Positions 54,641 to 64,000 of a stretch of DNA of 64,000 nucleotides are shown here, in pieces. Under the pieces are notes generated by a model that worked only from the letters and a program-made list of their open reading frames with translations, was not told the origin of the DNA and made no database searches. How positions within the stretch are numbered: position 1 is the first letter of the stretch; every line of letters starts with the position of its first letter. The position numbers and the translations under genes were made by a program. Where the stretch lies: NCBI GenBank assembly GCA_963768425.1, contig CAVYHV010000006.1:32001-96000 (forward strand), in the 5' to 3' direction. The stretch is from Candidatus Bathyarchaeota archaeon. Its GTDB lineage: Archaea > Thermoproteota > Bathyarchaeia > Bathyarchaeales > Bathycorpusculaceae.

Positions 54641-55375
54641 TCGTTTTGCCTCCTGCCAACCGAAATATAACCTAAACTTGTTTATTGCATCATCAACTGT
54701 TTGACCATATTTTATTAGAACTTCTTTGTGGGAGTTCTCGTTAGGATTATCAACTAATCCGCGGCAGCCCCAGCAGATTGTGCCTTCATTGACGCAGCAT
54801 GAGTTGCACCCGGCCCTAGTTACTGGCCCAACACAATATTGACCACGTTCAAAAGCGCAAACGTTCTCATTTTTTTTGCATTCAACGCAAACAGGATACG
54901 TGGGGGTATCTGGCTTCTTTCCTAGCAACAGTGATTTTACTACCTGCAAGAAATCTTCTCTATCTATCGGGCAACCATAGACGTAGGCATCCACTGGAAT
55001 AACTGCATCTATAGCTCTTGCTGCGTAAGAATCAAACAGTCTTGCGTTTTCTCCATAAACTGTTTTCTTCACGGCATCTAAATCTTTGTAATTCTTGAGG
55101 GAGTTAATTCCACCGATCGCTGCGCATGATCCTATTGCAACGACGATTTTAGCGTTTTTCCTAATTTGTCTTAATCTATCTTCGTCTTGCAGTCTCGTGC
55201 AGGAGCCTTCAACAAAAGCGATATCGTAGTTGTCGCTATGTTCTTTCATTACTTCTCTGAAGCTTACGACGTCGATTTGGCCGAGCAAAGCTAAAAGATC
55301 TTCTTCGAGATTTGCTATTTGCAGTTGGTCTCCTTCGCAGCCTGCAAAATCAAAGAAAGCTGCTTTGGGTTTCAT
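54638..55375 (-). CDS. hydD: Group 3b hydrogenase small/delta subunit
   Basis: GCEGDQ, VEGS, GSCA, GCP, PVCVEC, CVGPVTRAGC and CWGCRG motifs. Confidence 0.9.
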   Translation of the reverse strand: MKPKAAFFDFAGCEGDQLQIANLEEDLLALLGQIDVVSFREVMKEHSDNYDIAFVEGSCTRLQDEDRLRQIRKNAKIVVAIGSCAAIGGINSLKNYKDLDAVKKTVYGENARLFDSYAARAIDAVIPVDAYVYGCPIDREDFLQVVKSLLLGKKPDTPTYPVCVECKKNENVCAFERGQYCVGPVTRAGCNSCCVNEGTICWGCRGLVDNPNENSHKEVLIKYGQTVDDAINKFRLYFGWQEAKR

Positions 55376-57288
55376 TATAGTGCCTCCGGTACACCTTTAA
55401 TTTTAGAATAGTTAAACACTGGGCCATCTTTACAAACATAGATTTGGTTGATTTGACAGTGTCCACATTTCCCAACTCCACATTTCATTCTCCGCTCCAG
55501 AGACATAATTATGTGGTCGTCTGGAACATTTCTCTTTTTCAAGTCTGCAATAACGAACTTGTACATAATTGGCGGTCCGCAAATCACGGCATAAGTCTTT
55601 TCGGGATCAATCTTGATTTGAGGAATCAAAGTTGTTATTACTCCTGTGTTGCCTGTCCAAGCCTCAGTTTCTGGGCATCTGTCAACTGTTGGCATGAAAT
55701 CTACATCACTCCTCTTAGATAGCGCAAGAAGTTCATCGGCAAAAAGTAGTTCTTTTGGTTCTTTACAGCCATAAAGCAGAGTGACTTGACCATAGTCTTT
55801 TCGGTTGTCAAGAACAAAATTAAAGAATGACCGCAACGGCGCGAGCCCAAGACCCCCCGCGACAAACAATAAATCCTTACCTTTCAGGGATTCCGTGTCA
55901 AAACCGGTTCCGAATGGTCCCCGTATTCCCACCTTATCACCGATTTTGAGCGAATGAACTTTTGTAGTTACGTTGCCCAGTTTGCGAACGCACAGTTCAA
56001 ATGTCTCTTTCTTAGTAGGTGGCGATGAAATTGAAATTGGAGCTTCACCTATTCCGAACACTGAAAGTTCAACAAATTGTCCCGGCTTGTGGCCTAAAAC
56101 TAAACCGTCATCTAGCTTGATTTCAAATAACGTTTCCATAGCTGTCATAGGCTGTTTTCTTATGATTGTTGCAAGTTTAGGAACATAATCTATGTTGCCT
56201 TCGGTTTGAATCTTGATATCCGGTGTCGATACAGTCGTCACTTGCCCATAATTCACGCTTTCATGGTACATATCGTTGAATAGGTTGACGGGACTTGCAA
56301 TATCGGGAAGGCAGTTTGATGAGCATCTGCCGCAACCAACGCACGAAATGAATCCGAATCGGTCATACAGATATTTGCCTTTTTTAAAGTACCTGTGTCG
56401 GTATCTTGTCGGTCTTGTCGCACGGAAGTTTTCACCTGAAGCGACTTTCGCAAAGTCTTCAAGTAAGCATCCGTCCCATATTCTCACTCTTTCGCCCTGT
56501 TCAAGTGATAAGTCAGGGTTGTCTTTGACGTCAAAACAGTAGCATGTTGGACAAACAAGGACGCAGGAGCCGCATGCTAAACACTTCTCCGAATGTTTCT
56601 CCCAAAAACTGCTTTCTGTGTAAAATTTTGTCAGCATTTCCGGAATTAGTTCTGTAGGAAAATCCAGTTTTTGTTGGCTCATCATCATTACTTCACGTTT
56701 TTTCTGACCGACCAACTGGGTGTCCCTTGCAAGAGCGTCAGTGACGTTTTTGGCATATTTATCTAAAAGCTTTTCACCCTTTTCCGAACCAATGTTGATT
56801 ACATACCGGTTTCCTACGTCAGTAAGCATTAAATCATAGCCATATTCGACCGTGGCGCTACCCATGTACGGCGCAAAACACCATTTTGACATTTTTTGAA
56901 TGTTGACACCGATAATTATTGATGCTTTCCGTTTTTCAAAATAATATGGGTCTGATTTTGTTTCGCTGAAGATTTCATCCATGTGAAGAAGGGCTACTAT
57001 GTCATATGGGTGAACGCCGACTAGCACCATGGGCTTGATTTCAGACGGGCTTTTAGCAGAAAAACTCTTTCCCACGTTATAAGTAACTAAAGTTTCTCTC
57101 TGAGGAAAGAAGTACTTCTTCGGCGGAAGAAGAGTAACGTCATAATCCATCCGCAGCTCACTGGCAGATTCTAAAGGTCCAAAAGCGAATTTATCTCCTT
57201 TCGCCTTGACGCCTACAACGTTCAATGAACCATCTTTTATTAAAGAATTGACAAACTGAGCAAAATTTTCTTTTGATATAACGCGCAT
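55375..57288 (-). CDS. Fused sulfhydrogenase beta (4Fe-4S) and gamma (FAD/NAD(P), 2Fe-2S) subunit
   Basis: CLACGSCVLVCPTCYC and CVGCGRC, then GEAPISI, GGLGLAPL, CGPP and CGVGKCGHC in one 637-aa ORF. Confidence 0.9.
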   Translation of the reverse strand: MRVISKENFAQFVNSLIKDGSLNVVGVKAKGDKFAFGPLESASELRMDYDVTLLPPKKYFFPQRETLVTYNVGKSFSAKSPSEIKPMVLVGVHPYDIVALLHMDEIFSETKSDPYYFEKRKASIIIGVNIQKMSKWCFAPYMGSATVEYGYDLMLTDVGNRYVINIGSEKGEKLLDKYAKNVTDALARDTQLVGQKKREVMMMSQQKLDFPTELIPEMLTKFYTESSFWEKHSEKCLACGSCVLVCPTCYCFDVKDNPDLSLEQGERVRIWDGCLLEDFAKVASGENFRATRPTRYRHRYFKKGKYLYDRFGFISCVGCGRCSSNCLPDIASPVNLFNDMYHESVNYGQVTTVSTPDIKIQTEGNIDYVPKLATIIRKQPMTAMETLFEIKLDDGLVLGHKPGQFVELSVFGIGEAPISISSPPTKKETFELCVRKLGNVTTKVHSLKIGDKVGIRGPFGTGFDTESLKGKDLLFVAGGLGLAPLRSFFNFVLDNRKDYGQVTLLYGCKEPKELLFADELLALSKRSDVDFMPTVDRCPETEAWTGNTGVITTLIPQIKIDPEKTYAVICGPPIMYKFVIADLKKRNVPDDHIIMSLERRMKCGVGKCGHCQINQIYVCKDGPVFNYSKIKGVPEAL

Positions 57289-57340
57289 CTTTCACGCTTC
57301 TCCACTTACATAATGCAAGCTTTTCCTTGCTTTTTCATAG

Positions 57341-57363
57341 GAATAAATGTGGTACATTTATTC
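57341..57363. promoter_or_regulatory. 23-bp inverted repeat in the divergent hyd/hox promoter region
   Basis: GAATAAATGT-GGT-ACATTTATTC (perfectly complementary 10-bp arms). Confidence 0.55.
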
Positions 57364-57601
57364 TTTTCCGCAATAAAGATGAAGAAATCCCATGGAAATA
57401 CCATATGTAAGGATATATACGGTCTATACAACGGTTTTCTAATCCCCCTTACAATTTATGACATTTATTTTTGAAAACATCTTAAGGACAGGTTTCCAAT
57501 GAATTCCTTTAAATTGTAACCCCTAACCTTTTATATTAGTAGACTTCAAAAGTGGCTTCGTTAAGTAAAGATTCCAACAAACTTAAAGGAGGATCAAATG
57601 T

Positions 57602-58093
57602 TTGTCTGACAGAGATAACAGACGTTCGTTGCTAGAAAAAGTTTTGAAAGAACATAATTACGAAGAAAGTGCTCTTTTAGAGATATTGCATCGCGCTCAA
57701 GAAATTTATGGTTATTTGGATAAGGATTTGCTTATGGATGTTTCTGGGTCCCTCAACATTCCGCCGAGCCATGTTTTCGGCGTAGCGACTTTTTATAGCT
57801 TCTTCAAGTTTAAACAGCCGGGGCAACATGTAGTGACTGGTTGCTTAGGAACTGCTTGCTATGTAAAAGAGGTTGAACAAATTTTTGAGGCAGTTGAAAA
57901 AGAATTTAATGTTAAACGCGGTGGCTCCACTTCTGACGGAAAACTTTCTCTGCTTGTAACACGGTGCATAGGCGCATGTGCTATGGCACCTAACATCATG
58001 ATTGACGAGGAAGTTGTTGGCAAAGCCACAAAAGAAATAGTTGTAGAAAAAATCAAAAATGTACTCGGAGGGGTTAAAACTGAAACTCGATGA
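57602..58093 (+). CDS. hoxE: HoxE/NuoE-like 2Fe-2S subunit
   Basis: GVATFY, CLGTAC and CIGAC.MAP motifs. Confidence 0.9.
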   Translation: MSDRDNRRSLLEKVLKEHNYEESALLEILHRAQEIYGYLDKDLLMDVSGSLNIPPSHVFGVATFYSFFKFKQPGQHVVTGCLGTACYVKEVEQIFEAVEKEFNVKRGGSTSDGKLSLLVTRCIGACAMAPNIMIDEEVVGKATKEIVVEKIKNVLGGVKTETR

Positions 58094-59730
58094 TCTCCAA
58101 AGAATAGCCGAGCAAGAAGTTGATTTCCAAAGAGCTTACAAATACAGAATTAACGTTTGCTGCTCCAGTGGGTGTGTTCCCTTCGGAGCTCTCAAGGTGT
58201 TGAAAGCATTCGAAGATGCAGTAAAAGAATTACGCGTTGAAAAGGAATGTAAGGTCGCCCGCACTGGCTGCATAGGCACGTGTTCTGTAGGACCTGCGGT
58301 GCTTATTGAACCAGGTGACTACCTATATCAAAACGTTACACCCGAAAAAGTCAAAGAAATAGTTCGTGATCACATCGTTCTTAACTTACCGGTCAAAAGT
58401 ATGTTGTACCAAAATGAAGCTTACTTCAAAAAACAGCATCGCTTAGTTTTGCGAAACGCAGGAAAAATTGATCCTTTGAGAATTCAAGACTACATTTCCG
58501 CTGGCGGCTACTCAGCTATAGCAAAATGCCTTGCAACTATGACTTCACAAGGCGTAATTTATGAGGTTAGAACCAGTGGTCTTAGGGGTCGTGGTGGTGC
58601 AGGTTTCCCAACAGGCCAAAAATGGGCACTCGTGTCAAGATCACACAGCACGCCCAAGTTCATAGTTGCAAACTTGGACGAAGGTGATCCAGGTGTCTTC
58701 GCAAATAGAACTTTGGCTGAAGCTGATCCACACGCTATTCTTGAAGGCATGCTCATCGCTGCTTACGCCGTTGGTGCAGAAAAAGGTTACATTTACATTC
58801 GATCCGAGTATCCGCTAGCAATTCAGACTTTGCAAAAAGCTATTGCTCAAGCAAAATCAATGACGTTGCTGGGCGATAACATTCTTGAAATGGGATCGCT
58901 CAAGTTTGACCTCGAACTGAGGTTCGGCGCAGGCGCATTTGTTGCAGGAGAGGAAACAGCCATTCTTGCCTCAGTAGAAGGTCAAAGAGCAATGCCTCGT
59001 CCGCGTCCACCATATCCAGCGAATTCTGGCTTATGGCAAAAACCGACGCTTATACAGAATGTTGAAACATTCGCCAACATACCGCAGATAATACAAAATG
59101 GCGGCGCATGGTTCGCAAAAGTGGGCACGCCGAAATGTTCTGGAACCAAATGCTTCTCATTGACAGGCAAAGTTAACAATCCTGGATTAATTGAAGTGCC
59201 GATGGGGATCACTCTTAGAGAAGTGGTTTTCGACATTGGCGGGGGTGTAGCTGATGGAAGGAAATTCAAAGCCGTCCTAGTAGGCGGTCCGTCAGGGGGT
59301 TGTCTTCCTGACACATTGCTTGATCTCCCAATCGATTACGAATCACTAACAAAAGCTGGGGCAATAATGGGTTCTGGTGGCATAGTTGTGCTCGACGATG
59401 AATCGTGCATGGTTGACACTGCAAGATTCTTCACCGACTTCTGCGTGGACGAATCATGCGGCAAATGCACACCATGCCGAGCAGGCTTAGCACGGGTCAA
59501 AGAAATATACGACCAAATCACCACAGGCAACGGAAAAATGGAAGATATCAACACTCTAGAGAAATCAGGCGTTTTTATCCGGGACGCTAGCCTATGCGGT
59601 CTCGGACAAACAGCGCCTAATCCAGTTCTGACTACTCTTCGCTACTTCAAGGATGAATACCTAAAACATATCGTTGAAAAGAAATGCGAAGCAGGTAAAT
59701 GCTTCAAAAAGCATAGAGGAGGAAGAATAA
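58059..59730 (+). CDS. hoxF: HoxF/NuoF-like diaphorase flavoprotein subunit (reads in frame into hoxU here)
   Basis: N-terminal 2Fe-2S domain; GRGGAGFPTG, DEGDPG, GEETA, GGPSGG and ESCGKCTPCR motifs. Confidence 0.9.
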
Positions 59731-59732
59731 AC

Positions 59733-60443
59733 GTGACATTACCAAATCCTCTTAAGATTAAAATTGACGGTGTTGAAATGTCAGTTCCTGAAGGCACCAC
59801 TATCCTGAAAGCAGCCAAAGCGAATGGCATTACAATTCCAACAATTTGCTCGCTTGAAGGTTTAACCCCATACGGTGGCTGCCGACTTTGCCTCGTTGAA
59901 ATCAGTGGTTCACCGAAGCTTTTCCCTGCGTGCACAACACCTGTGAGTCCAAACATGGAAGTCACCACCAACTCCGATCGGCTAAAAGATCACCGCAAGA
60001 TGGTGGTACAAATGCTTCTAGCTGAAAGAACTCACATTTGCGCGGTCTGCGTCGCTGACGACCACTGCGAGCTACAATCCATGGCCAAAGAGCTTGGAGT
60101 TGAACATGTAATGTTTGAGAGGAACTGGACGGCTGAACCGGTCGATTCCACTCACGACTTCTTGGTTATTGACCGAAACCGTTGCATTCTATGTACTCGG
60201 TGTATTCGTGTGTGCGACCAAATTGAGGGTGTCCATACTCTTGACCTCAAAATGAGAGGGAAAGATGCCCAGGTAATCATGGATCTTGATGAGCACTGGG
60301 CTAATTCTTGCTCATGTACATCCTGCCGCAAATGCGCAAAAGTCTGTCCTGTAGGAGCCATTTACATTGAGGGAGAACCAATTGACCACACCAAACGTAA
60401 AGACATAGCAGAGTTCGTCCTGACAAGGAGGCAAAACAAATGA
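59733..60443 (+). CDS. hoxU: HoxU/NuoG-N-like Fe-S subunit
   Basis: IPTIC, GGCRLC, HICAVC, CILCTRC and CTSCRKC motifs; GTG 59733 preceded by GGAGG. Confidence 0.88.
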   Translation: MTLPNPLKIKIDGVEMSVPEGTTILKAAKANGITIPTICSLEGLTPYGGCRLCLVEISGSPKLFPACTTPVSPNMEVTTNSDRLKDHRKMVVQMLLAERTHICAVCVADDHCELQSMAKELGVEHVMFERNWTAEPVDSTHDFLVIDRNRCILCTRCIRVCDQIEGVHTLDLKMRGKDAQVIMDLDEHWANSCSCTSCRKCAKVCPVGAIYIEGEPIDHTKRKDIAEFVLTRRQNK

Positions 60444-60982
60444 CTGGCAACGCGAAAGTTAGGGTCGCAACGGTTTGGCTTAGCGGCTGTTCAGGTTGCC
60501 ATATGTCCTTCCTTGACCAAGATGAGCGACTTTTTGATTTAGCAAAGAAAATACAGTTAGTTTATAGCCCAATAGCCGATGTGAAGGAATTTCCTGAAAA
60601 TGTTGACGTCACACTTATCGAAGGAGCAATCGCAAATGAAGAGCAACTCCGCATGCTCGAGAAGGTTAGGTCTCGAACAAAAGTTTTGATTTCTCTCGGT
60701 GACTGCGCCGTCACAGGAAACGTAACGGCCTTAAGAAACTCGTGGCGTCACAGCGACCAAGCAGTGCTGAAGCGGGCATACAAGGAAAAGTCTGATTTAA
60801 ATGCAGCAATCCCTACGGACGTGCCTAAACTTCTGATTAAAGCTCGTCCGCTCCATGAAGCTGTTAAAGTTGATTTCTTCATCCCTGGGTGTCCGCCACA
60901 TGCGGATCTGATTAACTACGTTTTAACCGAACTTTTAGCAGGCCGAACGCCAAGAATGGAGGGTAAAACAAAATATGGTTAA
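60440..60982 (+). CDS. hoxY: Group 3d hydrogenase small subunit
   Basis: WLSGCSGCHMSFLD, GDCAVTGNV and PGCPP motifs; single-cluster 180-aa form. Confidence 0.92.
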   Translation: MTGNAKVRVATVWLSGCSGCHMSFLDQDERLFDLAKKIQLVYSPIADVKEFPENVDVTLIEGAIANEEQLRMLEKVRSRTKVLISLGDCAVTGNVTALRNSWRHSDQAVLKRAYKEKSDLNAAIPTDVPKLLIKARPLHEAVKVDFFIPGCPPHADLINYVLTELLAGRTPRMEGKTKYG

Positions 60983-62420
60983 AGCTGAAAAAAACGCCAA
61001 ACAAATCGTAATAAGTCCCATCACAAGGATAGAGGGGCACGCCCAAGTATCCATATGTTTAAACGATGATGACTCTGTCAAAGAAGCCAGATTCCAAGTC
61101 ACTGATTTCCGAGGCTTCGAAAAATTCACTGAAGGGCGACCTTTTTATGAAATGCCCAGCATTACGTCGAGGGCTTGCGGAATCTGCCCAGTAAGCCACT
61201 TGTTAGCTTCCGCCAAAGCATGCGATGCCATCGTCGGAGTCAGCCCACCGCCAACCGCAATAAAGCTACGTCGCCTAATGCACATGGGTCAAATGATCCA
61301 ATCTCACGCGTTGAATTTCTATCACCTATCAGCACCCGATCTGATTCTCGGATTCGACTCTGACCCAGCGACAAGAAACGTTTTCGGCTTAATGGAAAAA
61401 GATCCTAAATTGGCACTTCAAGGTATTAAGCTTCGCAAATTTGGTCAAGAAATAATAGATAAAGTCGCTGGCAAAAGAATACACTCAAGTGAATGGATTC
61501 TCCCGGGCGGTGCAAAATGGCCGCTAAGCAAATACAAAGCGGATTATTTGAAAGCTTATTTGCCCGAAGCTTTAGACAGTGCACAGAAAACTTTAACGTT
61601 GTATAAAAATTGGCTGGTTAACTTTGACGATGAAGTGGAGAACTTCGGAAACTTCCCAAGTTACTATATGGGTTTGGTAACCTCTGACGGAGGACTTGAA
61701 CATTACGATGGCACCTTGACTATAATGGATAACGACGGCAAAGTCGTTGGCCGATGCATCGATCCGACAACATACAGTGACTTCATCGGTGAAGCAGTTG
61801 AACCCTACTCGTTCATGAAGTTTCCATACTTCAAAGCAGTTGGTTATCCAGAAGGTTTCTACAGAGTTGGTCCATTAGCAAGACTTAATGTTGCATCACA
61901 TTGCGATACGCCCCTTGCAGACATCGAATTGAAGCAATTCAAAAAACTCGGCAAGAACGGAGTAGTACAAAGCACTTTCCACTACCATTACGCTCGACTT
62001 GTGGAGTTACTTTACTGCGTTGAAAAGGCGCGGGAGTTGCTGGAAGACCCAGAAATCCTATCCGAACACGTAACATCTAAGGCAATGGTGAACCATTACG
62101 AAGGCGTCGGCGTCGCTGAAGCTCCAAGAGGCACCCTTATCCACCACTATAAAGTCGACCCGCAAGGCATGATCACATGGAATAACATGATTATCGCAAC
62201 AGAACACAACAACATCGCTTACAACAAAGCAATAACGCAGGTCGCCAAAAAATACGTCAAAGCAAAGGCGCTGCAAGAAGGCATGCTGAACCGTGTTGAA
62301 GCTGTGATCCGAGCGTTTGATCCGTGTCTGAGTTGCGCCACGCACGCAGTTGGGAAGATGCCACTTGACATAAAGCTGTTCGATGCAAAAGGCAAACTGA
62401 TCGACCGCAAGGTAAGATAG
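60975..62420 (+). CDS. hoxH: Group 3d [NiFe]-hydrogenase large subunit
   Basis: [24 protein letters not shown] and DPCLSCATH motifs plus a C-terminal extension. Confidence 0.92.
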   Translation: MVKAEKNAKQIVISPITRIEGHAQVSICLNDDDSVKEARFQVTDFRGFEKFTEGRPFYEMPSITSRACGICPVSHLLASAKACDAIVGVSPPPTAIKLRRLMHMGQMIQSHALNFYHLSAPDLILGFDSDPATRNVFGLMEKDPKLALQGIKLRKFGQEIIDKVAGKRIHSSEWILPGGAKWPLSKYKADYLKAYLPEALDSAQKTLTLYKNWLVNFDDEVENFGNFPSYYMGLVTSDGGLEHYDGTLTIMDNDGKVVGRCIDPTTYSDFIGEAVEPYSFMKFPYFKAVGYPEGFYRVGPLARLNVASHCDTPLADIELKQFKKLGKNGVVQSTFHYHYARLVELLYCVEKARELLEDPEILSEHVTSKAMVNHYEGVGVAEAPRGTLIHHYKVDPQGMITWNNMIIATEHNNIAYNKAITQVAKKYVKAKALQEGMLNRVEAVIRAFDPCLSCATHAVGKMPLDIKLFDAKGKLIDRKVR

Positions 62421-62683
62421 AACCCTTCTTTCCCTATTTGTTTTTCTTTCTCATCTATTCATGACTTCGAGAAACTATCGTTGCGTTGAAGCCAGCCAGC
62501 TCTTTTGATGAATAAACCAATTGCATTTTTGCACTTACATCGAAACGACGGTTTTTGGTTTTTCTTCAACAAAGTCGTGTCCATGGAAGTTTCTGCTTTG
62601 TATTCACTGAACATTTATGTATTTGACTTAGGCATTCAAATTAAATTAAGCACTCAGGGTGCTATGGGAGCAGTCAAAGTGAG

Positions 62684-63247
62684 TTGCAAATGACTGAGAC
62701 AGTACCTACTTCATCGGGCAAGGAGCCAATAAAAGCATCAGAACTTGACCCCAAATTCAAATATCAACTTCTAAAAATGCACGGAAGCGAAAAAATCCTC
62801 AAATGCTTCCAATGTGGAACCTGCACCTCCGACTGCCCCGTCGCACGATATAGCGACAGTTACCGCCCAAGAACTCTAATCCACATGGCTCAAATGGGCC
62901 TAAAAGATCGCGTGCTCAAAAGCGACACATTATGGTTATGCGCAGCCTGCTTCACATGCACAGACCGATGCCCCCAAGACGTCGAAGTTGCAAGCGTAAT
63001 TCGGGTTTTCCGCAATTTAGCCGTAGAAAATGGCTGTGTACCACAAGTTTTCAAAGATCAAACCGCAAGCTTGCTTGAATCCGGCTACGCCTTCAAAATT
63101 CCCGAGTTAAGAATTAAAAAACGTGAAACCCAGGGGCTTCCACCCTTGCCGAAAGGCAACGCAGAAAAAGTTAAGAAAGCGCTTAAAGGCGTAAGATTTA
63201 TCGATGTCAATCAGAAACCATCGGGAGGACAAGCTGCTGGGCAATAA
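62684..63247 (+). CDS. hdrC: Heterodisulfide reductase subunit C
   Basis: CFQCGTCTSDCP and WLCAACFTCTDRCP motifs. Confidence 0.9.
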   Translation: MQMTETVPTSSGKEPIKASELDPKFKYQLLKMHGSEKILKCFQCGTCTSDCPVARYSDSYRPRTLIHMAQMGLKDRVLKSDTLWLCAACFTCTDRCPQDVEVASVIRVFRNLAVENGCVPQVFKDQTASLLESGYAFKIPELRIKKRETQGLPPLPKGNAEKVKKALKGVRFIDVNQKPSGGQAAGQ

Positions 63248-64000
63248 ATTCCTCATTTTCCTCGGTTGTGCTATCCCCTACCGTGTTTCAGCCTATGAAA
63301 TTTCGGCGCGCAAAGTCTTAGCTAAACTCGGCGTTGAACTGGTTGAGATGCCCGAGTTCAACTGTTGCGGCTTACCTTTTGACCCTGTAAGCCATGAAAC
63401 AATGCTTGTTCTTGCAGCAAAAAACTTGGCGATCGCGGAACAGCAATGCTTAAACATACTTACTCTTTGTCCAGGCTGCGCTGGGTCCTTAAAGAAAACT
63501 AACAAAATCCTCAAAGAAGACAAAGCTTTGAAAGAACAGATTAACTGTCATCTCAAGGAAGTTGGGTTGGAATTCAAAGGAACCATCGAGGTAAAGCATC
63601 TTTTGCAGCTTCTGAAGGAAGATGTAGGCGTAGAAAAAATCAAAGCCTCAGTCACCAAACCTCTTACGATGCTTAAAGTTGCGGAACATAACGGATGCCA
63701 CATTCTAAGACCCAAAGAATTCATAGGCTTCGACGACCCCGAAGATCCGCAAACCCTTAAAATGCTGATTGAAGCGACGGGAGCCACATGCCTTGACTAC
63801 ATCGACGAAACAGAGTGCTGCGGAGCACCCAGTGTCGGAGTCAGCGACAAAATTGCGTTGCAACTCGCAAGGGACAAACTGAACCACGTTAAGATGGTCG
63901 AAGCACAAGCTTTAATCACGATTTGCCCATTTTGCCATATAATGTACGATACGAACGAGCTGCGAATAGAGAAAACATTTAATGAAACCTATGGGATTCC
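63234..64000 (+). CDS. hdrB: Heterodisulfide reductase subunit B (runs off window end)
   Basis: Manual translation: FLIFLGCAIP...FNCCG...TLCPGC...HNGCHILRP...ECCG...TICPFCHIMYD (two CCG domains). Confidence 0.9.
   Translation, partial: MLGNKFLIFLGCAIPYRVSAYEISARKVLAKLGVELVEMPEFNCCGLPFDPVSHETMLVLAAKNLAIAEQQCLNILTLCPGCAGSLKKTNKILKEDKALKEQINCHLKEVGLEFKGTIEVKHLLQLLKEDVGVEKIKASVTKPLTMLKVAEHNGCHILRPKEFIGFDDPEDPQTLKMLIEATGATCLDYIDETECCGAPSVGVSDKIALQLARDKLNHVKMVEAQALITICPFCHIMYDTNELRIEKTFNETYGI

Noticed and set aside
59700-59740. Apparent HoxF-HoxU fusion (794 aa)
   Set aside because: GGAGG plus GTG 59733 lies at the junction, and a one-base change in the A5 run ends HoxF just before it. This is likely an artefact, though not excluded.
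1319-63908. Numerous 60-250 aa ORFs antisense to or overlapping assigned genes (e.g. 16319-17074, 29233-29793, 11295-11681)
   Set aside because: These are shadow ORFs of well-supported genes and have no recognisable motifs.
1-64000. CRISPR arrays, rRNA, IS elements, selenocysteine recoding in hydrogenases or Hdr
   Set aside because: No regular direct repeats or recognisable rRNA/transposase sequence. The metal-binding motifs use ordinary Cys codons in open frames.

Overview
Archaeal chromosomal window, most consistent with Candidatus Bathyarchaeia. Clues are the archaeal-type ValS, HMG-CoA synthase and TATA promoters, plus a secreted PQQ-repeat protein, DUF5752 and HdrCB; the taxon is inferred. 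In order it carries: a truncated secreted beta-propeller gene; a Met/Cys biosynthesis cluster (metW-metX-metY, a PP-loop tRNA thiolase-like gene, two HTH regulators, cysK-cysE, tRNA-Cys); valS; trpEGDCBA without trpF; small housekeeping genes and tRNA-Lys; uvrBAC; an SSB/RPA gene; a thiolase plus DUF35-HMG-CoA synthase locus; pncB; an ABC exporter; uppP; an NRAMP/DtxR pair; radical SAM-dinB; glycosylation genes; and back-to-back group 3b and group 3d [NiFe]-hydrogenase operons followed by hdrCB. Many genes between about 12 and 48 kb are broken by small indels, probably long-read assembly errors, so some apparent fusions are suspect. The best leads are: (1) a thiolase homologue that has lost all three catalytic motifs, coupled to an intact HMG-CoA synthase fused to DUF35; (2) a repeated ATAAC-N3-GTTAT operator defining a Cys/Met/tRNA-thiolation regulon around two uncharacterised regulators; (3) divergent Hyd/Hox operons sharing a 23-bp inverted repeat. 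No mobile elements or CRISPR arrays were seen.
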